Positions 39,552 to 53,100 of a stretch of 64,000 nucleotides of DNA are shown in pieces. The DNA is taken from the NCBI GenBank assembly GCA_964016885.1, contig OZ024740.1, positions 91,078,001 to 91,142,000 on the forward strand, in the 5' to 3' direction. The DNA comes from Eledone cirrhosa (lineage: Eukaryota). Position 1 is the stretch's first letter. Every line of letters begins with the position of its first letter. The position numbers and the translations under genes are program-made. Under the pieces are notes generated by a model. The model saw only the letters and a list, made by a program, of their open reading frames with translations, did not search any database and was not told where the DNA came from.

Positions 39552-42500
39552 GAGGAGACGGTGAATCCACAGATGTCTATGTAACCATACATTCGCCAAT
39601 CCTCGATAAGAGTGTTGAAATATCGAACATAAACAGTTCGAATAACGGTGAAATGGAGACTAGAACGTCATGTGACAGACTCTCACCGAACAGGTGCTCC
39701 CTGGCTCAGTTGCAGGAACCTGACTGTCAACCAAATACTGCTGGTGTTGGAGGAAGAAGAAGAAGGAAAGGGGCCAGAACCAACTGGACGAAAGAATTGA
39801 ATAGAACTGTCATGCAATGTTACCTGAAAAGTAACCCCAAGGAGAGGGGCTATAGGAGACGGATGCATAACATCTGGAACGAGATTGGTCTATTTAAATT
39901 AGATGAACAAAAATTGGCCGGGCAGGCTCGGGTAATAAGAACTAATGGGTGGATAAGCAAGCTGGAACTGGAGGAACTGAGCAGAGAGAATAGCTTGGAG
40001 ATGCAGGGTGTAGTATGCCAGACAAACGAGCCAGTGGGAAATGAAGGTGAAGAGGTCGAGAGAACGGAGGAACCACCCGAAGCAGACATTGATCTGAATA
40101 CTGAGATAAATAATACCTGGAACAGAGATACGGCCACTGAGGAGATGAATGCTGACGGGCTAGGACAAGATTCGGTTGACATCCTAAATTTAGTGGTAGA
40201 TGAATTGAACAATGATAGTGGGAGACCTATGAACCTAAGATTTGTAGACAGGAAAAAGTTAAAAGAAACAACAGCTAAGGTAAACAAAGTCATCCCATAC
40301 CTTAAGGCCAGGAGCCTTCACCAGTGCAACAATATCCTCAAAGCAACAGCAAATACGGTGAAGAAACTACTTGGTATGAAAGCGAGAGGAAACAACAGAC
40401 AAGAAAGAGCAGAGCCTTGGTGGAAGAAACGACTGAGTGGTCAATCAAGGAAATGAGAAATGACATAGGAAAGCTTGAGTCACTACTAAATGGGACACTA
40501 AAAAAAATAGGCACTAAAAATTGACTGGAAATAAAGTACAAAACTAGGAGGAAAAAGCTAAATATTATCATAGAGGAACTGAAGCAACGCATTGTAGCAA
40601 AGAGTGCAAAAATCAGGCGATACGAGAACAGAGTCAGTCAGTATAAACAGAACCGCATGTTCGACAACAACCAGAAGATGCTGTTTGGACAGCTTGAGGG
40701 GAAAGAAAGAGGCAACGACTTGATCTTTGAGGCGGAACAAACCAAAACATTCTGGAGAGGAATATGGGAGCAGGATGTTAGACATAATGACCAGGCATGG
40801 TGGATTGAGACAGTACAGATGGAGATCGGTGAGCAGGCACACGAATAAACTGATTTGAGTATCACAGTTGAAACTCTTAAGGGGCAGGCCAAAAAACTAA
40901 CCAACTGGAAATCACCAGGCCCAGATGGTGTGCAGGGGTATTGGATTAAAAATTTAACATCCCTCCACCCGAGACTGACAGCCATGTTCAATGAGTGCTT
41001 GGTGTCGGGTGAGGTGCCAGAGTGGTGGACAAAAGGTACCACAGTTCTGATAATGAAAGACCGAATCAAGGGTAATGATATTACCAACTATTGACCTATC
41101 ACATGTCTGTCCGTAATGTGGAAACTGTTGACGAGCATTGTGTCTGAGGAAATCTACCATCACCTCCACACAAACAACTTGTTACCGGACGAACAGAAAG
41201 GATGCCGAAAGAAGTCACGTGGTACAAAGGACCAGTTACTTACTGATAAGATGGTAATGGGGAATTTGCAGGAGGTGACACACTGATCTTGCCATGGGAT
41301 GGATAGACTACAGAAAGGCTTTTGACATGGTGCCTCATTCTTGGATCACCAAAAGACTGGAGATCTTCAAGGTGGCAGATAACATCAGACAGTTGCTGGG
41401 CAGGAGTATGGGGTCCTGGGAGACAGAGTTGACATCAACTGGAGAGTCCTTGGGAAGCGTGAAGATCAAGAGAGGTATCTTCCAGGGAGATAGCCTGTCA
41501 AATATGTTGTTTGTCCTTGCCCTTATGCCCTTGACCATTAAGCTGCGAAAAGTGAGAGCAGGATACAAGTTGGGAAAGGGAGAGCTTACCATCAATCACC
41601 TCATATTCATGGACGATCTTAAGCTCTTCGGGAAGAGTGAGAAGGAGTTGGATGTGCATGTTGACACTGTCCGTATTTTCAGCAGTGATATATTTATGCA
41701 GTTTGGTATTAGTAAGTATGGAGTCATTGTGATGAGGAGCGGTAGGTTGAGCAGAAGTAACGGAATCCAGATGCCAACAGGTGAGATGATAAAGGAAATT
41801 GACTCTGAGCAAGGATACAAGTATTTGGGCGTTTTGGAGGCTGATGGCATAAGAACAAAAAAAATGAAGGAATTGTTAAGAACTGAATATATTCGGAGAT
41901 ATTCTGGAGCGTATTGATATCACATCTGAACAGCAGAAATGCCATAAGCGCAGTAAATTCCCGAGCTGTGTCTATTATTAGGTACAGTGCGGGAATTCTG
42001 AGATGGAATGTTGCTGAACAAAAAGAAATGGATAGGAAGACTAGGAAGCTATTGACTATCTACAACATGTTCCACAAAAGGAGTGATGTCGATAGACTCT
42101 ACCTAAGGAGATCTGAGGGTGGAAGAGGTCTCATCAGCATAGAGGACTGTGTTCAGATGGAGAAAAACAACCTATACAAATACGTGACTGATAGTAAGGA
42201 GCCAATGCTCAGAACTATACTGAAGGAGGGGACAATAGTCCAGGGGATGTCCAAGGAGGAAATAACATCAAGGAGAAAGAGCACCCTTCAGGGAAAATCC
42301 CTTCATAGTATCTTCTTTGAGAAAACTGAATTTAGACATGGAAATAGTTGAGAAGAGGAGACCTCAAAAAGGCTACAGAAGGTATGTTAATGGCTGCGCA
42401 GGAGCAGGCCCTCAAAACGAAGTGGTTGAAACACCATATTTACAAGGAGGAGGCTAGCCCACTGTGCAGGATCTGTGGAGAGAGAGAGAAGACTGTGGCT

Positions 42501-43114
42501 CACATTGTATCCTAGTGTAAACACCTAGCCCAGACTCACTATAAGGGCTGGAGACATGATGTGATGGGCTGGGTAATCTACTGGCACCTATGCAAAGTAA
42601 ACAATTTACCACATTCTGAGAAGTGCTATGAGCATAAGCCAGAGGCGGTGATAGAAAATGATCAAGTGAAGGTGCTGTGGGATTTCAGGATACAGACGGA
42701 CAAGAAACTGGAACACAATAGACCTGACCTGGTGGTTTTGAACAAAAAAAAAAATCGTGCCTGATTGTGGATGTGGCCTGCCCATTCGACACGAGAGTGC
42801 AAGAGAAGGAGGGGGAGAAAATTAACCGATACCAGGACTACTTACAGTGGGAGGTAAAAATGATTTGGAACTGCCATGAAGTCAAAGTGATCCCGATTGT
42901 CATAGGCGCACTAGGGACTGTCTCAAAAGGTTCCCAGGGATGGTTACAGAAAATTGGCCCCTTCACGCTTTTTGGAACGCTTCAAAAGGCATGCTTGCTG
43001 GGAACAGCAAGGACCATCCGATACGTCCTGAATATCTGAGGCTGCAGGTAGTGGCTTGATATTCATTTCAACAAACTTTCCAGTTAACTAACATCAATGG
43101 CTGAGACTCAAAGA
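39551..43114 (+). mobile_element. Dong/R4 copy D5, complete but disrupted ORF 39653-43039, short 5' leader
   Basis: ORF fragments are homologous to D1 and D4. Begins directly after (TAA)n; the 3' end is followed by a 24-bp duplication of its own UTR instead of a TAA tail. Confidence 0.92.
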
Positions 43115-44079
43115 GTTAACTAACATCAATGACTGAGACATGTATTCGTACAGTATGCATGCATCTTTTAGGTAATGCCCCATAGTTAATTCTAAGTTCC
43201 AACAAATATTTAATGTGGAACGAAACATGTTTAAGTATGTATTTTATCCATATTATAAATGAAGATGAATCACTTGAAAGATTGCTTAGATACATACGAT
43301 TGTTAATTCTTTCTTTTCCAGAAGATATGTTATTCAAATCATCATACAACAATAACTGTTCTACAATGGATCGTATGATGAGTTGGAAAGAGATAATACC
43401 TGTTGCTACCATGCTTTGAATTCTTAATATCCATGCGCATCGGATTTTGCTTTCAAATCATCGTATGATAACGTTGAATTCCATCAAATAATGTAAGCTG
43501 CATTCTATTAGGTATTAGAAATATTCTATAACAGCACATTAAACAGGATATATATATACTAACTAAATTAACACTTGAAAAAATGTTTAATCAGGTGTGA
43601 AACTCGTATCATGTTAACAGAACATAATGAGAAATTGGAATCAGCGGAGAACGTCGGTTTAATTCGTAAACACAACTTAAATTATATAAATGTCATCGTT
43701 AAGAAGGTCACCAATCTCCAGTAACGTAATAATACAGAGGCCGCTACACAATTGATTCAACATTATTAAAATCAGATTTGTTTGTTGATATCAGAACTAT
43801 TCTGCGTTTCATCTTCCAATCTATAAATACCGAGATAATTAACAGTACCTTAACATTAACAAACAATAATTATGCCTTATACGGGTTAGTTACAGCTGTA
43901 TTGGTAAAAGCCCCAAACAGGGCTATTTCATAAATATAATAACATATAGACATCCTAAAAGATATTCACAATGCGTTAGAATATAGTCATATATAGAAAC
44001 GATACAGCTTTCTCTTTTAGATATTATAGTGCCTTGATGTATCTATAAACATGCATAATTGTGTATCATTATCTATAAA

Positions 44080-44467
44080 GGGCGGTGGATTGGCAGTATC
44101 AGTAGAGGGTCGGACGCCATGCTTTCCAGCATAGTTACGTCCCTTTACGATCTGAGTTCAAATCTCGCCGAGGTTGAGTTTGCCTTTCATCCTTACGGGG
44201 TCGGTAAAATAAAGTACCAGTAATGCACTGGTTAATTGCTGGCCTTGTGCCTAAAAGTAGAAACGATTATCTATAAAGGGCGGTGGATTGGCAGCATCGG
44301 TAGAGGGTCGGACGCCATGCTTTCCAACATAGTTACATCCCTTTACGATCTGAGTTCAAATCCCGCCGAGGTTGACTTTGCCTTACATCCTTACGGGGTC
44401 GATAAAATAAAGTACCAGTAATGCACTGGGAAATTGCTGGCCTTGTGCCTAAAGTAGAAACAATTAT
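44080..44467 (+). mobile_element. Tandem pair of tRNA-derived SINEs (44080-44270, 44278-44467)
   Basis: A-box-like TGGCAGTATCGG, B-box GAGTTCAAATCC, conserved body GCCGAGGTTGACTTTGCCTTTCATCC...GGGGTCGATAAAATAAAGTACCAG, and an ATT tail. Confidence 0.85.
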
Positions 44468-44767
44468 CTATAAAAGGCATATCGTAGTTGCTGTTTGTGT
44501 GTGCATGTTCCACGTTTATACGTTTGCACAATTCCAGGCCGATTCGAGGCGAAATCTGTAAGAATGTTGTAAATGGTCTAACTTAGATCAACGACTATTT
44601 ACTTCATTAAAACTTACCCACAATTACGGAAATAATCGATAAAACTAAATACATGACGCTTTACCCTCTAATACAATCTGATACTCTCCCTCTACTCCCC
44701 TTAAGATTCGATAAAACTACATACATGCTGCAACTTTCTCTTATATACGGTTAAACTTACAAACTTA

Positions 44768-44855
44768 AGAGAGAGAGAGAGAAGAGAGGGAGAGAGAGAG
44801 AGAGAAGAGAGTGAGAGGGAGAGAGAGAAGAGAGTGAGAGGGAGAGAGAAAGAGA
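44768..44855. repeat. (GA)n-rich simple repeat
   Basis: Direct reading. Confidence 0.9.
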
Positions 44856-45057
44856 ACGTTTGTTTCTGAGTGTGGAACGGTCAAATATTTATTTACTTCA
44901 ATGACAAAGAGAACTTATTACATTTCATACGAAACAACAATTATTCAAAGGCAACAGATAAATTTATTCAACAACAAAACAATACTAATAAATCTTTTTT
45001 AAAACATCTCTCAATGAAGGTGGAAGAAAGAAGTATCAGTTTATTTACTATACACAA

Positions 45058-45245
45058 TAATATCCTCTATAAGGTCACTAAACCTGATAGAAACAGCAGC
45101 TAACTCTCACCCATATCACACCCCTCCTTACTGTCTTAAATCTAGGAAATATATCCTCTATGAGGCCACTAAACCTGCTAGAAACAGCAGCCAACTCTCC
45201 CCCATATCACACCCCTCCCTACTGTCTTAAATTCAGAAAACACAC
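45058..45245 (+). repeat. Tandem duplication of a unit of about 90 bp (interspersed-repeat or SINE tail-like)
   Basis: ATATCCTCTAT.AGG.CACTAAACCTG.TAGAAACAGCAGC...CTACTGTCTTAAAT occurs twice. Confidence 0.75.
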
Positions 45246-45504
45246 ATTAGACGACTATGCAGAACAAATCCATCGCAGCCCTGTTGTTCGGCTGGCATCG
45301 ACTACGCGCGTGTTGCGCAAGTACTGTGAAATAATAAATGTCAACACTTCTTTGCACAGAGATAATATACATAGGCGAAACTACAATTGTCACTGCTGGC
45401 GCAGCTCCTGCTTCGGCAGCCCAGGTCTGCAATTCATTCACCCAGTGGCTGGCAGACAAAAAAGTGCTGCCATAAAATGGGTGGTGGAACCTAATTTTGG
45501 TAAC

Positions 45505-45541
45505 TTACTGACTCCGAGCAACGCCGGGCTTTAATACTAGT
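45505..45541 (+). mobile_element. Helitron-like 3' terminus
   Basis: GC-rich hairpin CCGAGC-AAC-GCCGG about 10 nt upstream of CTAG followed by T; 5' end not identified. Confidence 0.5.
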
Positions 45542-45799
45542 TGTTGTTATTTGTGTTGCTTCGTTGTAACTGGAGTTAACAATCTCATGTGTTTACAGCG
45601 ATAACACATAAACAATTTATTAACTCATTCTTGATTCGTCTATGTGCTCAAATTATGATCATATGTCTAAGAATGTGTTATGATACCGCTTTGATAATTA
45701 GTATTTAACAGAGCCGTTATCATATAGAATTGTTCATTTGCGATATTACATTATTTGTTTTACTTATTTCATGATGAAATGATGGTCATGAGAAAATGC

Positions 45800-46158
45800 A
45801 GTGTACACCGTTAGTCCTATCTCTTGCCTCTCTCTTATGTAGAAACTTGCGACAGGTGTCATTGCTGAAGCAATGTAAGAATACCTAGAGGACACACTAC
45901 TTGAAAAGCAGAAGGGATGTAAGAAGCAGAATGACTAAGGATCAGTTGTTGATTCATAAGGTGAGTGTTAAAGATTGTAAAACGAGACACACAAATCTGG
46001 CTACGGTTTGGGTCAATTACCACAAAGCATACGACTTTCTTCCACATAGTTGGATAGTAGAACGTTTGAAAATGTTTGGTATTAAAGATAATGTTGAACA
46101 GTTTCTGTCGAACAATATAGATGGTTGGAAGACTGAGCTGACATGTAGACATATTTAG
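45800..46158 (+). mobile_element. Old Dong/R4-type RT fragment
   Basis: TKDQLLIHK...[24 protein letters not shown] aligns with D1 TKDQLLIDK...DYRKAFDMVPHSWI. Confidence 0.8.
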
Positions 46159-46159
46159 A

Positions 46160-46660
46160 TTTACTTAATACTGAGTCATGTATCCTGATGGGAGACTTCA
46201 TTGCACATGGCGAACGTGTCCCACTTGCAAGGGAAGGTGACATTGGAAGAAAATGTAACCCCGATCTGAATATGAATAGCGAGGCCTTAATAAACTTCTG
46301 TTCAAGCTATGGTATCTCTATTATGAACATTTCCGTCAAGCACAGAATCGTCCATAAATAAAAATAGTAAAGGGAACACAGGGACAGAGACCAATAATTG
46401 ATTTTATTATTGTCTCTGATATCTTTGATTCTTTGCTGGATGTTTGTGTTAAGAAAGGAAATGTGCTGTCAACTGATCAATATCTAGCTATCTGCAACGT
46501 GACACTATCTTAAGCCAAAGACGCCCTCAAAGCTACCAGGTCTAGGGCGACCTACACAATAAGGTGGGAAGCATTGGTGGATAAGGAAATCAAGACCATG
46601 TATGCAAATACTATTGCATCCACATTTGGAAAAATCCCCGAACACACTGAGTACGCTGGA
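46160..46660 (+). mobile_element. Degenerate APE endonuclease fragment of an RTE-type LINE
   Basis: ILMGDFIAH, LNMNSEALINFCSSYGISIMN, IIDFIIVS and STD(Q) pieces resemble APE motifs; stops present. Confidence 0.6.
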
Positions 46661-47330
46661 TAGATTACAATTCACATACATTACTTGTCACAATAAAAAC
46701 AATTTCTATTTAATATAACGGTATTCATATATATACATTTCATTTAACTTTTACTATTGAAATATAATTTGAACTAACATCACCATTACATAAATAAATG
46801 TATATTTATACACATGTATCCATACACTCATACATATATGTACATCTCCATATTTTCGCTCAAAAACGCACACACATTAACAAAGACACAGATGTACACA
46901 GATCTACACTGTAAATATATTGTAACACTTAATTTCTGATGATACATATTCAAAACCCATACATATATTATTCAATTTTTCTATTAAAAACATATGCCAT
47001 AATCCAATATGTATATATTAATATTGTTATTGCAATGCATTTCATTGATCTCCATACAATATTGAATATGGATATCATAATAATATATCATTGCTGGGGA
47101 GGGTTTATTGAGTTGAAAATATTCACAATTTAACTAGTGATATTAAATATATTACACATACATTTTTAAAGATAAATTATATTCACTATCATATTACAGA
47201 ATGCAATTATTCGATTTTAATATATATATATATATGTTACTAGGAATGTTTCTCTCTAGACAGTTTGAAAGGAAATTTACATCACGACAAATAAATAAAT
47301 ATATATACTTATATCATATTATATTATATC

Positions 47331-47410
<80 letters not shown>

Positions 47411-49308
47411 GTGTGTGTGTACTTTTACTTATATATGTGCCTAAGTTGGTGGGCGTGGGTGTGTGTCTGTGGGTGTTTGTGTGTATGAATATTGTGCATA
47501 TATTTTTAAAGGTGAATCTTTACTGAAATATAGAATAAATATATAGGCATTCAATTTAATAAATATTTAACAAGGGTTTAGATAATACAATTACTTGAGC
47601 AATGCCACTTAATAAACATATTATAGAATAAGTATGATTACCGAGTACATTCCGACAGAACCATGTTATTTGGGAGATCAAATATCCACAACTGCATGAC
47701 ATTTTTTTTTCCCTAATACTTTTCTCCACCCACCTTTTCTCGATATCGACACATGCACATCTTTCATACTTACACATTTACAATCGAAAACTTTATCTTA
47801 TATTATATTCATTAGAGCGGAAAATATTTAAAGCTAGTGTAACAAGTCTTCATTTTATTGCCATTAATTTACTTTTCCTTTCATGAATGTGTCTACAAAT
47901 ACGTCACTTGAAAGGTATTTTCACGTATAGTTAGTTAGTATGTCAGGTGGATAGTTAGAACATTAGAAACTGGTATTTCAATCATGTAAAACTTATAACA
48001 TAAATTCGTGTATGTATCAGACAGTTTACATATTTGAATAAGATAATGCAAGAGGCGTATTAATTTACAGTTGGTGCATTGACGTTGTTGTCCGCTCTTC
48101 AGACAATAATTTATGAATTCTAAAATTACTACAAGATTTAAAATGTGCAGAAATTGATTATTTATTTTAGGATTTCCGGCTTTTGAGAATAAAACTCTCA
48201 TCACGCCTATAAATCTCGCTTCAATTGTATCAGTTCATGCAAGATTTATATGTTCCAAAAACACTTCCTTTGATAATATAGTTCAGGACTGATAGGTATT
48301 GGGTGAAAATCAGGCAAATTCTTATATCTGATGTCTGACAGATGATCAATTCATGATTGTCATGTTTAAATGAGGGTTCAAACAGTCCAGCGTATATTCT
48401 CTGTGTCCACAATAGGGGTAGGTATGTGCCTTGTATTGCTGATTGCGCACATGACCGATTATATAGCATAAATTGGATTAGCCTTAATTACAATCACAGA
48501 GACGTTGGAGAATACACATACGCTAAACAATCAATCACACATGCATACGTACATATGAACAAGCATATATGCATCGCTCTCTGTCTCTGTCTCTCACTCT
48601 TATTCTCTCTGTATATATAAATACATATACATATCCATCTATCCGTCTATTTATCTAACTATATATTTCTCTGTATATCTATGTATGTATTTGTGTTTGT
48701 GAGTGTGAGAGGGAAATACACAACAACCCAGTATATATGGTATTGTTATGTATATTTAATCTACGAAGAAACTGTTGTCCTCGATTGAAAATGTTCTTAT
48801 GGTTACATTATTTGCGTGTCTGATATTTTTAATTTATCTACCATTGGACGCATATTCAATTGTCAAAACTTTAACGTTCACTCTCTACATTAGCGAGTAA
48901 ATATAACGTAATGAGTAGTCAATTTTACCATAAGATATTATCATATTCATTCGAAATTGTAATGCATTGAAAAAATGTTTACAGCTTTGAACAAATGCAT
49001 TATGTGTTAATTTATGTATGTAGCAATCAATCACTAGGGGTGATTCGTTTCCCTAAAAACATCCCTAAAATGTCATTGTGATTTACATACCTTAAGATAG
49101 TCCTTATACGCAAACATGATTTATACTCGTTGTGTAACGCTACATAACTACTTAACGTCACACGCAAACACACATACACAAACGAACACACACACGCTCA
49201 TTAGGAACTAGAGATTGTATCTCAAATAACCAGCTAGCAGGCTAGTGGAAACAGAAACACTATAACAATTCTGCTACCCCTTATCGATTGAGAATGTACA
49301 CGTGCTAT

Positions 49309-49590
<282 letters not shown>

Positions 49591-49754
49591 GAAGTGGTGT
49601 AGCAGCGAAAGTGGATGATAAAGTTATGCCTGTATGAATCTCCAGTGTGAATTCGATGTTTACAAGCCTATACATTAGATATCTTTATATATTTATACAC
49701 GCTAGCGCAGTTTCGGTTAAACATTCAATTTTTATACAAACATAACTTTCTCAT

Positions 49755-49791
<37 letters not shown>

Positions 49792-49812
49792 TATATATAT
49801 ATAAATAAATAA

Positions 49813-49865
<53 letters not shown>

Positions 49866-49870
49866 TGTAT

Positions 49871-49987
49871 CTGAAGAAGGGCGTATGCCCGAAACGTCGT
49901 TCCCCACCACCACCCAACTCTCAAGAGCGTGAAATGAATAAACATTTGTTTGTACTGCCTCTCTGTTTTGTTCCCGTTCAATTTTTC

Positions 49988-49990
<3 letters not shown>
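49871..49990 (+). ncRNA. Minimal hammerhead core within a short pLTR-like 3' fragment embedded in (TA)n
   Basis: CUGAAGA-A-GGGC-GUAU-GCCC-GAAAC-GUC (49871-49898), followed by AATAAA and a T-rich end; stem I does not pair. Confidence 0.55.
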
Positions 49991-50021
<31 letters not shown>

Positions 50022-50085
50022 AGTATACGTATGAATATGCTTGTGTGCATATATATATATATTTATAAATATATATTAGTATATG

Positions 50086-50129
<44 letters not shown>

Positions 50130-53100
50130 TATAAATATATACATGTTTGTCTCTGTGTGTGCATGTGTGTGTGGGTGGGTGCGTACGTAGGTGTATGTGA
50201 GTGTAATCCATATTAGCCTTATACTATATTGCGCTTGTTAGATGAAGCCAGGTAATGCTATAACATACGCATCACTTAATTTCATTCTTAAATCCTTACA
50301 AAGATATAATGAGAACGATTTCTATAATTCAATTTTATTTTTATTTTTGCCCTTTTCATTACTCCTCCTCTTCCCGTTGTTTTTTGCTTTGCTCTTCTTA
50401 CTTTTTGTATTTTCGCGATGAAAATTATATATTAGTAGAAGCACACTCCAAGCATAAATGCTAGTAGTAATTTTTACATTCGGAACCATAGAAACCTTAC
50501 ATGTCTGGATGATGATATTAAAATAGTAAATTAGAAATATATAGCTATGAAAATAAAATCTGCTGCTGTTATGATGGAAACTTCCGATTAATCCATTAGA
50601 TCATTTCTTTCATAATCACTATAAGGCTGTAACAATTGTCATCTTAGAAAACAAATTGATGAATTCAAAGTGTGCATTGTGTTATAGACAAGCGTAGACG
50701 ATGGATAATAAAATTCGATGGTCAAGTGCTTAACTAAACATACAATTTCCTTTGATGCTGGCGCCATATATCTCTAGTCGGTAGACAGCATGTCTGCGTT
50801 TATTCATGTAAAATCATTCGGGAATAAAAATATCCTTTTGATGCGTGTTAGTCATTAAACTTTTTGAACTATTTGCAAGTAGTGCAGCATAAATCAACGC
50901 TAGAATTTTCAATGGACATTTTGACATATTCACATCAAAATACGATGGTTTATTTTTTGCAGTATTATAATTTGCCATGTATTTTTAATCTAATACTAAA
51001 TCCTTCTATGATTTACATTTGTGTTTTTTTCTGTGTGTGTCTGCGAGTGATTTATATATATTTACTACAATCCTCTGGATTTCCATTTTATTATTCATAT
51101 TTAATTAACATATTTGATTATATAGCAATGAATTATTTCTAATTAGTCATGCAAAAACATGTTCAAGTTTATAACAAATACAAATAAAACACACGTTACC
51201 TACTGATCGTATGATAGTTGATTTGCGTTTATTTTTGTTGTTCTTTTTCTATCACGTGTACCAACCGCCTCTATCTTAACATATATAAATAAACTTATGT
51301 TCATATGATGATACAGAAGGCTGAAATCAATTCATTATTATCAGATTCTAGCGATACCAAATGTTATACAAGCAGCTGCGAAGTGTTATAAAACCCGTAA
51401 ATCTGACCTACTAAAGCTAACAGCCAAAATTCTTGCCATCATTCATAGTTTAGAAATACAAAAACTACTTTGTAGAATCCAGTTTGTAATACATAACATT
51501 TCGATAGTCTCACGACGGGATGTTTTTACTTAGATATCTGATACGTACAACTGGTGGATGCAAATAACAAGTCTATAAGCCATATACATTCGGCACATTG
51601 TGTAGAAAAAGATAACACAACACAACACCTAGACTATTAAATGAATGATGGTCTAGACATACAAAAACATTTTATATCACAGCATGACGAACCTGTTGCC
51701 ACTTGTATCAACTAGGATAAAGAGAAAATGATTTAGACAAAAAAAGATAGCCCCTTAAGAAGGAAGCCAATCATTTAATTGAAATCGTGTTCTCGATAGT
51801 ATATATACTTAAAATAAACATACACAAATACGTCTGTGTGCGTGTATACAATCGCTTTTTTTATTTATATAGATTCAAGAATATGTAATAACTTTGTTTG
51901 GATTTAATTGCTATCATAACGCCGATGTCAATGATTCCATCTTTGAAAAAAGAGAATAATGACTTCACAGGAGGTTTTCATAAGAAATAATAACATTGTA
52001 TCTTTATAAAACATACGGTTACTGAAACATACCAAGCACAAGTGAATTCATGATTTTCCTTTTTTGTCCTTGCGATTCAACAATGCGGTGACAGAGAAAA
52101 TCAGCACCATTCGAATACGTTCATAGAATATTGAAAGATATATAATACTATAGATTAACATATCTGGAGAGCAAGGCAGACTGGTGCCTTAAGAATGATA
52201 TTTAAAAGTGAATTTCTCGCAGTTCACAATTCTATGCTCCACAGAAAGAAAACAAATGTGAAATTAAGGAGCTTCGGAATCCCACCAAATATAGTTATCC
52301 ACTGTTTCCTGGTTTGTATTGCTCTAGCTAGTAAAACTACCCAGCTTGTAAATGTTTCTAGTGTCCGTTTGAACGTGGTTCTACACTTAAATCTTGAATA
52401 CAGGAATATGATAACAACCATCATTCAGCTGACGGGAGGTGTCAGGTCTATATTGTATTTCCATGAAGAAAGCATCGGTGCCATTATTATGGGGATACGA
52501 ATCACTTGAGCGTTTGTTTTGTTGTTTTGGCCACAGCAGAATAGAGTGAACCTCAGATCTACCCTTCTGCCTAGAGTAACACCCACAGAATCACAGCGAC
52601 AATAACAACAATGGATAACTAAGAAATACGGTGTGGACCACAGTAGCAGTAGCAATAACAACTTGCAACACATACACATATAGTTATACGCACACACATG
52701 TTCCCATCACGATCTGGGTTGGATTTTCTTATAATCTTATGTTGAATAAATGGAACCACACCGAAAAACCAAGAAACAAAAAAAAAGATACAATTTTATT
52801 TTAAATATTTTGTCTTGCAGTATCCCAGAGACCAGAAATTCCGAAAAAAAAACACAAACAAATAACGGACATATCTGACCCAACGCCTGACCTACTACCG
52901 CATAAACCGAGAACACAAACTCCGGTACCGCTACGACCAGCAACATTTTGAAAAAAACCCACAACGAATGTCAACTAAAGGGACACTTTCACAGCAATAG
53001 CGTACACAAACAGACTTACATTATAACCACCAGCAAAGCATCATCCTGCCTAAATTCATGTAAGTAAGGAGGACAAATAAACAAAATGAAGATATAGAAA

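Noticed and set aside
44080-44175. tRNA gene
   Set aside because: A and B boxes are present, but there is no cloverleaf and the sequence continues into a repeated SINE body.
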